Shown piece by piece: positions 24,530 to 32,367 of a stretch of 35,310 nt of DNA (the first letter of the stretch is position 1; each line of letters begins with the position of its first letter). The stretch lies in contig JBCCAG010000001.1 of the NCBI GenBank assembly GCA_039814955.1, forward strand, positions 1-35,310. The letters are read 5' to 3'. The notes under the pieces were generated by a model. The model saw nothing but the letters and a program-made list of their open reading frames with translations, searched no databases and was not told the DNA's origin. This DNA is from Cyanobacteria bacterium P01_A01_bin.135 (GTDB lineage: Bacteria > Cyanobacteriota > Cyanobacteriia > CAKZMO01). The position numbers and the translations under genes were made by a program.

Positions 24530-25002
24530 TACAGATAAATATTACCCGCCTCATCCACCCGAATTGCCCGCGATTCAGCGGCTACCCCCGGCGCTGCCGC
24601 CACGGTGATAATAATTTCGTTATTCACAACCGCCACCTGTAGATTTTCTAGGCTGATGCCGTTGCCCCTCGCAAAGATAGACAAGTCAATGGGGACTGGC
24701 AGGTAGCTGGTGTGAAGGCGTCCAAAGGTGACCGAGCCCTGGGGCTCAGCTATGCGCTCGTCTGAAGCGGGCTGCACTAGCCGACTAGCAATATTGACGT
24801 CGATGTCGGACTGGTTGACGACGCGGATTTGAATGGGCTGATTGGGGTCAACCGCTGCGATCGCAGGGCGGGCTGTGGCGGGCTCATTGGTTTGGGCGAT
24901 GGGGTCGATAGGAGCGGCTAACTCGGCAACGCCCTGGCTTGAAATCGGTGCTGCAGTCAGAAGGAGCAGGCTTACTATTGTTGGAGCGCTGAAGCTGATC
25001 AT
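24526..25002 (-). CDS. Hypothetical secreted protein (158 aa)
   Basis: Signal peptide (MISFSAPTIVSLLLLTAAPISSQG) and beta-rich mature part. No family recognised. Confidence 0.65.
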   Translation of the reverse strand: MISFSAPTIVSLLLLTAAPISSQGVAELAAPIDPIAQTNEPATARPAIAAVDPNQPIQIRVVNQSDIDVNIASRLVQPASDERIAEPQGSVTFGRLHTSYLPVPIDLSIFARGNGISLENLQVAVVNNEIIITVAAAPGVAAESRAIRVDEAGNIYLY

Positions 25003-25068
25003 GCTTGATGTCCTTTTAAGTTGAATTTAACAGTAGAGCGGGCAATACCTTCGAGAGCCAAGGCAATC

Positions 25069-25425
25069 CTATCCAAATACGGCTAATCTTTCAGCAAAGA
25101 TGCGGCTGAGGCTTGCCAGTAGCAGCAGGCCACCGATAAAACAGCTCCCCAGCATAAACACCAAATCTAGCCATAAGAACTGCTGCATGTGCCGATTCTG
25201 CCGCGCTTTAATCGCGCCAGTAGCATAGGCCAGGAAGAAGCTATTTGCCCGCCAGTAGAAAAACCAGCCGGTAGCCGTGAATACTGCTCCCATAACCAGG
25301 TTGATCTGCCAGCTGAGCAAGCTTATGGCGATACTTCCAGCCGTTGCGACACCTAGCCCAGCCCAGAGCAATGCACTGACCAAGGTCACTCTCTTGTACC
25401 ACTGGATTAAGTCAGGCGAAATCAT
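25069..25425 (-). CDS. Hypothetical 4-TM membrane protein (118 aa)
   Basis: Hydrophobic segments throughout. The start overlaps the upstream gene's stop by 4 nt (25422-25425). Confidence 0.65.
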   Translation of the reverse strand: MISPDLIQWYKRVTLVSALLWAGLGVATAGSIAISLLSWQINLVMGAVFTATGWFFYWRANSFFLAYATGAIKARQNRHMQQFLWLDLVFMLGSCFIGGLLLLASLSRIFAERLAVFG

Positions 25426-25820
25426 TGTCTATCAGCCGCCCTGCGCAGGTTGTATCCCAATACCGCTCCCAGGGACTGCATTAACAGACCTCCCCCCAGC
25501 AGCAGCCTGGCCCCCAATCCAAACGTCAACACAGCGAATAGGACAAGCCCGCTGCCCAAGATGCTCCAGACAGCGGCCATTGGCAACCTACCGCGCTGGC
25601 GCAAGAGCCGCCCCACGAGGGCGCTGCCCAGGATCGCCCCGCCGCAGGAGCCCCAGAATGCAGCGTACAGCATGACGACCAGCAGCCCCATACCCAAGCC
25701 AGATCGGGACAGCAAATACCCCACGCTAGCCGCAACGGCAGCCCCAATAATGCCGCCGCTGAGCAGGGCTCCAACAAACTCTGCGATCGCAGCCCTGGCC
25801 ATCCGTGGGTTACCCGCCAA
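25422..25820 (-). CDS. Hypothetical Gly/Ala/Leu-rich 4-TM membrane protein (132 aa)
   Basis: Polytopic. The start overlaps the 3' end of the lipoprotein gene by 11 nt. The large plus-strand ORF on the opposite strand (25450-26202) is P/R/A-rich and looks like an artefact. Confidence 0.6.
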   Translation of the reverse strand: MAGNPRMARAAIAEFVGALLSGGIIGAAVAASVGYLLSRSGLGMGLLVVMLYAAFWGSCGGAILGSALVGRLLRQRGRLPMAAVWSILGSGLVLFAVLTFGLGARLLLGGGLLMQSLGAVLGYNLRRAADRQ

Positions 25821-26652
25821 AAATCACCGCATCGGGAATCTCGTAGCGCTCCTCGCCGATGCGAATAACGCTCAAGTCCCGCTGCTTCTCGGCGCTGAGG
25901 TCGGCGTCGGCGTTAGAACTAACGGCGTTGCCTGCATCAAAGGTAATCGTGCGGATGCCGCCGGTGGGCAGTGTGATAGTGACCATGCCCGAACCGCTGC
26001 CCTGCCGCACCACCCCAAAGGGACAAGCGCCCATGGGCTGGGAGAGCCCCATAGCGCAGGGAACCTGGCCGGTGGCGTTGAAGTTAGTGCCCGCTACCAG
26101 CGCATCTTCCGCTGCGCCGGATACCGGAGGATTGCCAGAACCGATATTCATCTCCAGCCGGTAGTTGGCCACCTCGTCCCGGCGGGCAGCGCTGCGCATT
26201 AGGTAAACCCGCACGGTGTAGTCACCGGTCTCAGGTAGGGTGCCTTCATATTGATTGCCGCTGGTGGAGCCGATGAACAGGGCCTCAGCGGTTTCGCCTG
26301 GAGCCAAGATATTGAAGTAGTTAGCCAGATTATCGGTGGCCATGCTGATGTTGGCGGATTGGCCTTCTTGCACGTCGAGGACATAGTCCACAATCTCGTA
26401 GCCGGTGATGGCATCCTCGACAAAGGCACTGTTGGCACCGGGCTCAAACTGGATACGCTCGGTGCGGATTTCGGGGACAGCTTGCCCATCGACTTCGACG
26501 TCTACTGCTTCCGGGGAGGCGGCATCGTTGTCAGCAGGCTGGGTGGCTTGATTCGCTTGGCCGTTGGTGGTGGCCTCCGTTTGGCTACTGCAGCCCAGCG
26601 GCGCAAGGGAAAAGAGGGCGATCGCCCCCAAGATAATAGAGGAGCGTTTCAT
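25810..26652 (-). CDS. Hypothetical lipoprotein (two beta-rich domains)
   Basis: MKRSSIILGAIALFSLAPLGCSS is a signal peptide with lipobox LGC; the ORF is open from 26700 but this Met is the natural start. The mature part contains GDYTVRVYLMRSAARRDEVANYRLEMNI and ATGQVPCAMG...CPFGVVRQG motifs. I have seen similar motifs in uncharacterised lipoproteins but cannot name a family. Confidence 0.75.
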   Translation of the reverse strand: MKRSSIILGAIALFSLAPLGCSSQTEATTNGQANQATQPADNDAASPEAVDVEVDGQAVPEIRTERIQFEPGANSAFVEDAITGYEIVDYVLDVQEGQSANISMATDNLANYFNILAPGETAEALFIGSTSGNQYEGTLPETGDYTVRVYLMRSAARRDEVANYRLEMNIGSGNPPVSGAAEDALVAGTNFNATGQVPCAMGLSQPMGACPFGVVRQGSGSGMVTITLPTGGIRTITFDAGNAVSSNADADLSAEKQRDLSVIRIGEERYEIPDAVIFGG

Positions 26653-26793
26653 TTGAACTCGGTAAGTCATCAAAGCAAAAAATTGTGGCGCATCTTTCAA
26701 ATTACCGGGCGGCTTGCCCTGCCGTAGAGGTCAAATCTGCCAGTGAAAAAACTGTCTAGGTTTGTTTTTTTGAAACGTGGCACCGCCATGTCC

Positions 26794-28056
26794 CTATGAG
26801 ACTGCGCTCACTTTGGTCTTGCCTCGCAGTTTCGCTAGCTCCTCACGCCACGAAGCAACCAATGGATCGTCATTGACCGATTGTCCATTGTGCTTAAGCC
26901 GCCATTTTCGCAGGGCTAGCTCGTCTTGGGCTCTCGCGATCGCCGCTGCAGTGCGCTTATCTACCCCGCGAACCTGGCGGGTGCGTAAGATTCGGTCTGC
27001 CTTCACCGCATCGTACTCCTCTGGCGTCACAACAGGTTCCCCCTCATCGGCCAACCCCTCCCGAATTACCTGCCGCTCCCAGATGCCGCTTTGCCACAGC
27101 AGGGCGATTGCCGCCACAAAGAAGGGGAAGAGGGTAATCAAACTGCGGAGGCTCCCGATGATGAGCAGTGGGGCAATGGGCTGATCAATCACCATCGGTC
27201 CGACTGCATCCGTCTCCGCTGGAACCGGCCCATCGCTTCCCAGCACGGCCACAAGCCTGATAAGCAGCCCAAGAAGATTGTTGACCAGGTGGGCCGAAAA
27301 ACCCATCAGCCAGCCAACGATAGGGGCAGCGTAGCGGAGCCAGGGCCGGACCGTTTGCCGGGCGAGCCCTAGCCCCAGTCCAAACAGGCCCGTAAATAGG
27401 GCATGTCCCCCAAATCCAAATAGCGCGTGGCGCAGGCCCAGCTGTACGCCCCAAGGCGCAATTCCAGACTCGCTGTATTGGCTAGCCACATAGATAGCGG
27501 ATTCGAGGAAATTGAACCCAACCCCTATCAATGCGCCGTAGATAAAGCCATCTCGGACGCTGTCAAACTCTGCCCGCAGCAGCCAGAACAAAAGCAGTAG
27601 GGCGATGCCCTTTGTAATCTCTTCTACAATAGGGCCTGCCAGGGGAGCGCCGACCAGGTACGTCGCATCTGGCCCCAGCAGCGCCTGGACGTCGGGGTGG
27701 AGCTCCAGGACACTGCCAACGGCGCTGAGAATGCCGGTGTTAATGGGAATAGCGACCCCCGTTGCCACCAGCGCCCCCCATAGAAAGGTAACGACGTACA
27801 GCCACCTTGATTCCTGCTCCCGGCGGTCCAGAAACCATAAAATTGCAATTGGAACCACCGAGAACAGGGCCGACCACAGCAGCGCCAAGAAAAACACCCG
27901 GACCTGGTCGGGCTCCCGGGAGAAGATGAAATCCTGCGCGATGACGCCCAGGCAAATCACCACTAGGACCGCTAGGGCGATCGCCGTAAATTTGGCGACT
28001 TTGGGCTGGCTTAGGGGAGAGCCATATAGAACTCTGGCTCGATTTGTTAGTGACAT
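26794..28056 (-). CDS. PrsW-family intramembrane metalloprotease with a C-terminal cytoplasmic extension
   Basis: Polytopic, with PIVEEITKGIALLLLFWLL (EE..K motif), DGFIYGALIGVGFNFLES and HALFGFGGHALFTG, which are characteristic of PrsW. Confidence 0.82.
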   Translation of the reverse strand: MSLTNRARVLYGSPLSQPKVAKFTAIALAVLVVICLGVIAQDFIFSREPDQVRVFFLALLWSALFSVVPIAILWFLDRREQESRWLYVVTFLWGALVATGVAIPINTGILSAVGSVLELHPDVQALLGPDATYLVGAPLAGPIVEEITKGIALLLLFWLLRAEFDSVRDGFIYGALIGVGFNFLESAIYVASQYSESGIAPWGVQLGLRHALFGFGGHALFTGLFGLGLGLARQTVRPWLRYAAPIVGWLMGFSAHLVNNLLGLLIRLVAVLGSDGPVPAETDAVGPMVIDQPIAPLLIIGSLRSLITLFPFFVAAIALLWQSGIWERQVIREGLADEGEPVVTPEEYDAVKADRILRTRQVRGVDKRTAAAIARAQDELALRKWRLKHNGQSVNDDPLVASWREELAKLRGKTKVSAVS

Positions 28057-28237
28057 TGGTGTTCTTCAGGATTCCAGACGGAATCGATACTACATTGATT
28101 TTTTGGCTGGTGCGCATTAGTCAGGGTAAAAGAAACACACTGCAACGATGTGACGTTGAGAGTCCGCTTTTTGAACTTGAGCTGACGAGATCGATTGCGA
28201 TTGCAATCACGCCTGAATAATCTGCCATCAAGCATCT

Positions 28238-28262
28238 CAGTTAAGCCAGTTAATTCAGTTAA
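28238..28262. repeat. Three direct CAGTTAA heptamers at 9-nt period
   Basis: CAGTTAAgcCAGTTAAttCAGTTAA is read directly from the sequence (28238-28244, 28247-28253, 28256-28262), in the 650-nt AT-rich divergent spacer. Confidence 0.6.
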
Positions 28263-28283
28263 CATGAGCTTTTGCTTTAAGCA

Positions 28284-28320
28284 GATCGAGATCACACTTT
28301 CCCGGGATTGAGATCACACT
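28284..28320. repeat. Two 15-nt direct repeats GAT(C/T)GAGATCACACT spaced 22 nt apart (start to start)
   Basis: 28284-28298 and 28306-28320 are identical at 14 of 15 positions. The spacing is about two helical turns, as expected for a dimeric or tandem regulator site. Confidence 0.55.
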
Positions 28321-28708
28321 CTCAAGACAATCAAATCTTAAGAAATTCCAACGCCGCATCTTAAAATCTGTGAGAATAACCTAATGTGCTAACTAGCGAA
28401 CTGCAATTATCGAATTTCAGCAAAGCTCATGGGTGCTGGTGCTGACTCTCTGTGCTATGGGGCAGTTGATGCTCCATCACGTCAGATGAAAGTGGCGTTT
28501 CATGTTTATCTCTTTGCAAAGCAAGCACGTTTGCTTCTCGTATTTCTCGCGAAGCAAGCGTCTGGATATTGCACATCGAAAATCAGGCCTTCTGCCGATT
28601 TTCCTCTACTATTAAGGGTCAGCCACATTATCATTTACGACGTTTGCGCGTATTGCAGGTTCAAAAAATCCTTCACTAACCCGGACGAGGTTCATTTCAA
28701 TCCAAATT

Positions 28709-29338
28709 ATGGCTATTAGAGCTGCTGTATTGACTTCTTTTCTGACACTGGCATCGGTAATGTTTCCTGTTGCGGTGAAAGCCGACACCGTCAACGCCCG
28801 CTGCGACCTTTACCCCCTGGGTTCCGATCGCGCTTCTGCTGTACTTCCCTGCACCTTTTCACAGCGCCAGGGAAACGTTGGGATTGCGCTAGAAGATGGG
28901 CACCGCTATGACTTTCGCCCGGTTGGGGATCAGCCCGGTAACTTTGTGGACCAAAACGGTCAGGGCGCCTATCGTCAGGCTGGGCTGGGCGATCGCGGTC
29001 AAATCTATCAAACTGCCTACGAGCGGATTTATGTGTATTGGGACACCTCTGGAATTCCGGGTCGTGCGGTAGCTGCTGGTCCCTCCGGACAAGGGAGCTT
29101 TGTCACCCTCAGCGCTAGCGATCCCAATACCCGCATCAATCTACGCAGCAGTGCCACCATCGATTCTGTTCCAGAAGGCTATGGGATTCCTGGCGATCGC
29201 GTCCAGCTGCTGCAGTGCGTTCCCGATCACGATCGATACGAGAGTACGCTGAACTGGTGCGAGGTGAGGTTTCCGCAGTCCCGTGCTGTGGGCTGGGTTC
29301 GGAGCGACTTCATCATTTTTGAGGATGCCGGGGAATAG
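28709..29338 (+). CDS. Secreted protein, paralog A: conserved ~100-aa two-Cys N-domain plus a C-terminal SH3b-like domain
   Basis: Signal peptide ending VKA|ADTV. The N-domain is shared with the next gene (ADTVNARCDLYP...CTFSQRQGNVGIALEDGHRYDFRPVGDQPGNFVDQNG.GAYRQAGLGDRGQIY...IYVYWDT). The tail is INLRSSATIDS...GDRVQLLQCV...WCEVRF...VGWVRSDFI. Confidence 0.85.
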   Translation: MAIRAAVLTSFLTLASVMFPVAVKADTVNARCDLYPLGSDRASAVLPCTFSQRQGNVGIALEDGHRYDFRPVGDQPGNFVDQNGQGAYRQAGLGDRGQIYQTAYERIYVYWDTSGIPGRAVAAGPSGQGSFVTLSASDPNTRINLRSSATIDSVPEGYGIPGDRVQLLQCVPDHDRYESTLNWCEVRFPQSRAVGWVRSDFIIFEDAGE

Positions 29339-29430
29339 GCTGAATTTTTAGGGCCATGGCATCACGATGGCCCTGAGATTTGTCATCACCGATTCATTTA
29401 ATTGTCTACTGTTTTAGATTCAACGCCACC

Positions 29431-30087
29431 ATGCGAATTAAGCCCGTCATTGTTTCAGCGATCGCCACAATAACCGCCATTGGCATTCCCGCTACTGCTA
29501 AAGCAGATACGGTCGATGCCCGCTGCGACATCTATCCCCGTGGTGAAGACCACGCCTCCCTAGTCACCGCCTGCACCTTTTCACAGCGTCAGGGTGCTGT
29601 TGGTATTCAGCTGGAAAACGGGGAACGGTTCGACCTGCGTCCGGTGGGTGACCAGCCCGGTAACTACGTCGATCAAAACGGCGAGGCGGCCTATCGCCAG
29701 TCTGGCCTGGGTGCTCGTGGTCAAATCTACCGTCTGGCCCACGAATCCATTTACGTCTACTGGGACACTGCCGGTATCCAGCACTCTACCGGCCTCAGCG
29801 CCAGCTCAGGGGAGCCGGTTACCTACACCACCTTTGTGGATCCCAACCACATCATCATCCAAATTACGGATAACCACTTCTTCTTCCACGAAACCTTGGC
29901 CAAGCTTCCGGGGCCGGACTATGCGGGGAGCGATAGCCATGCCCGCGTGGTACTAACCCCGAATACGGGACGGGTGTTTGTGTTTAACGAGCGCACTGGC
30001 GAAACCCTGTACGACTACACCATTAATCCGGTGTTCTTTGGCGAAGACCCCAGCACTATGTGCGATCCAGCGGTAGAGCCTTGCTAA
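29431..30087 (+). CDS. Secreted protein, paralog A': the same two-Cys N-domain with a different C-terminal domain
   Basis: The ATG at 29431 gives the signal peptide MRIKPVIVSAIATITAIGIPATAKA|ADTV; the ORF is open from 29380. By eye, about two-thirds of residues are identical to paralog A over the N-domain. Confidence 0.85.
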   Translation: MRIKPVIVSAIATITAIGIPATAKADTVDARCDIYPRGEDHASLVTACTFSQRQGAVGIQLENGERFDLRPVGDQPGNYVDQNGEAAYRQSGLGARGQIYRLAHESIYVYWDTAGIQHSTGLSASSGEPVTYTTFVDPNHIIIQITDNHFFFHETLAKLPGPDYAGSDSHARVVLTPNTGRVFVFNERTGETLYDYTINPVFFGEDPSTMCDPAVEPC

Positions 30088-30104
30088 GTGCGAGGCTCCT
30101 GCAT

Positions 30105-30129
30105 GAAGGGTGGGCAATGCCCACCCTTC
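30105..30129 (+). terminator. Intrinsic-terminator-like hairpin after paralog A'
   Basis: GAAGGGTGGGC-aat-GCCCACCCTTC (11-bp stem) lies 18 nt after the stop. It is flanked by a TGCAT/ATGCA outer pairing and followed by GCTTTTGTCG. Confidence 0.55.
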
Positions 30130-30337
30130 GCTCAATGCAGCTTTTGTCGTCCCGACAATGAATTCAATCTTCGATGCAGTCCGCCGCCTTGCCCAGCTAC
30201 GTTACTGATTTGCAAGCTGCTTATGGCCCGCCCAGCCAAGCCGGCTTTGGTAGTGTTCTACGACACTGTGGACTCCTCAGAGTCCCTTGAGGCGGCGGCG
30301 CTGAAACACTCTCAATTAAACTGCTCTACCCAGCGCC

Positions 30338-32353
30338 ATGACTAAACTATCCCCAAGGCTCGCCGCTCTTCTCGCTGTCCTCGCGACCGGCCTCGCGGCC
30401 CAAGCCTACAGCATGACGCAGGCCAAAAATTTTGGCGAGCAGGTCGCTCAGGCCAGCACAGTGGCCTATCCCACTACTGAAATTCCCTGTCCGTACCCGG
30501 CGATTTTAGAGGGCGAAGTTTATGGCGAAACTTACACCTGCGGTATCTTAGCGGTGCCCGAAAACTACGATGAGCCCAATGGACGCCAGATCGAGCTGTC
30601 TTACACGGTGTTTTACAGCCAGAGCCTTTCCCCGGCTCCCGATCCCGTCATTTATCTGCATGGGGGTCCCGGCGGCGGCAGCCTGATTGCCCTCGATCAA
30701 TACAGTGAGACGTTTGCCGCCCAGCGTCGCATCCGGGATGTGGTCTTGTTTAGCCAGCGCGGTGCCCAGTTTTCTAATCGTTTGGCTTGTGCGCCAGTCG
30801 CCTTTGTGACCTCGATTATCGGCGAGGAGGACAACGAGTATTTCGGTCAGTTCAAAGAACTCCTTGACGCCTTACAAGCGCGCTATCCTGAGGCTTCAGA
30901 AGACGACATTTACAAATATGCCTACTTCCTGCTGTGCGGCCAAATTTTAGAAGGCCAGGGTAATGACCTTGATCAGTACAACACGGCCAATAATGCCCAG
31001 GATGTGGTCAGCCTGGCAACGGCCTTGGGCTATGACGACATCAATCTCTACGGCATTTCTTACGGCACTTACCTGGCCCAGCAGGTGATGCGGGATTACC
31101 CCGATCGCCTGCGCAGCGTGGTCCTCGACTCGACCCTGCCGCAACATGTTCAGATTCACGAAGCGATGGTCAAGGATACCGAAGTGGTGTTGCTCAACCT
31201 GATCGAAGATTGTCAGGCCGATACTGCTTGTGCTGCCGCCTATCCCGACCTTAAAGACCGCACCATTGCCTTAGTAGCCCAGATTGCTGAATCCCCGACT
31301 CCCCTGGCCGAGCCCGTTCCTGACCCAGATAACCCTGACGAGACCATTGACGCAATCACCATCGCCCAGTTCGAGACGGTTGTCGGGTTGCTCAACCAAC
31401 AGCCAGCTTTGGTTTCGCCCTATCTACCCTTGGTGATTCAAGAGTTGGCGCAGGGGGAAACCGCTACCTTTGTCGGGATGTTAAAAGGTGAGCTGTTTGC
31501 AGGGACACCCACTGAACCACAAATTGGCAATGAGGTTGTGAACCTGCAAGTCGAGGCTGAAAAACTGCGCCTGGAGGCCCGACAATTGCGGGTTCAGCAG
31601 GCACTGCAGGCCAACACAGACCGACCTGGCTCGCAGTGGGTGACGCAGGCCATTGCAGCGGCGAAGGCCCTGCCGCCGACCCAGGAGACCCGAGTATTGG
31701 CCAACTTATTTGGGGTGGGCTATCAAATCGGCAAACCCCGCGATCGCCGTACCCTCCTCGCTTTTGTCGCCGAACATTTTGAGGGCGACACGGCGCGCTC
31801 CCTGCGTGAAGGGGTAAATGAGCTTTCTGACATTGAAGTTCGCCATGCCTACGAAGCCATTTCCTATACGGTTGATCAAAGCGTGCTGGATCTCGATGGG
31901 CAAAGCACCCGGGGCATGTACTGGAGTGTCGTGTGTAATGACATCCGGCCCTTTAGTGACCCTGCCGTCAGCGATACTGCGCTAGCGGACATGGCCCTTC
32001 CGGCATTGGGGCAAAGTCGATACGCCGAGGCGGTCGATGCCTACACAGTTTGCGAGACCTGGCCGGTGACGCCAGCCCGCGATCGGCCCTTCGACCCAGT
32101 GGAAAGCACCGTTCCCACCCTGGTGCTGCAAGGGCGCTATGACCTAGCCACCACCACCGCCGTCGGGCCCCAAGTCATGGAGGGACTGAGCAACGGCATC
32201 TATGTCGAGCTGCCGAATGCGGGCCACAGCGTCATGAACTTCTCGCAATGCGCGACCGATATCGGCGTCGCCTTTATCAACAACCCTGATCAGGAACCCA
32301 ACACAAGCTGCACTGCGGATCTAGCGCCTGAGTTTGTGCTGCCGTCCGAATAG
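30338..32353 (+). CDS. Secreted alpha/beta-hydrolase serine peptidase, S33 / tripeptidyl-aminopeptidase (TAP)-like, paralog 1
   Basis: Signal peptide. HGGPGG oxyanion region, nucleophile elbow NLYGISYGTYLAQQ, TAP-like C-terminal block VPTLVLQGRYDLATT, and catalytic His in LPNAGHSVM. Confidence 0.88.
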   Translation: MTKLSPRLAALLAVLATGLAAQAYSMTQAKNFGEQVAQASTVAYPTTEIPCPYPAILEGEVYGETYTCGILAVPENYDEPNGRQIELSYTVFYSQSLSPAPDPVIYLHGGPGGGSLIALDQYSETFAAQRRIRDVVLFSQRGAQFSNRLACAPVAFVTSIIGEEDNEYFGQFKELLDALQARYPEASEDDIYKYAYFLLCGQILEGQGNDLDQYNTANNAQDVVSLATALGYDDINLYGISYGTYLAQQVMRDYPDRLRSVVLDSTLPQHVQIHEAMVKDTEVVLLNLIEDCQADTACAAAYPDLKDRTIALVAQIAESPTPLAEPVPDPDNPDETIDAITIAQFETVVGLLNQQPALVSPYLPLVIQELAQGETATFVGMLKGELFAGTPTEPQIGNEVVNLQVEAEKLRLEARQLRVQQALQANTDRPGSQWVTQAIAAAKALPPTQETRVLANLFGVGYQIGKPRDRRTLLAFVAEHFEGDTARSLREGVNELSDIEVRHAYEAISYTVDQSVLDLDGQSTRGMYWSVVCNDIRPFSDPAVSDTALADMALPALGQSRYAEAVDAYTVCETWPVTPARDRPFDPVESTVPTLVLQGRYDLATTTAVGPQVMEGLSNGIYVELPNAGHSVMNFSQCATDIGVAFINNPDQEPNTSCTADLAPEFVLPSE

Positions 32354-32367
32354 CGCCTTGCCCCCTG

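Noticed and set aside
25450-26202. 250-aa plus-strand ORF overlapping the lipoprotein and membrane-protein genes
   Set aside because: It has P/R/A-rich low-complexity translation. The minus-strand genes have a lipobox signal peptide, TM segments and overlapping start/stop junctions.
28429-28719. 96-aa plus-strand ORF in the long AT-rich spacer
   Set aside because: It uses a non-ATG start and overlaps the start of the downstream secreted-protein gene. Its AKQA repeat simply reflects the DNA repeat GCAAGC. It is more likely regulatory or UTR sequence.
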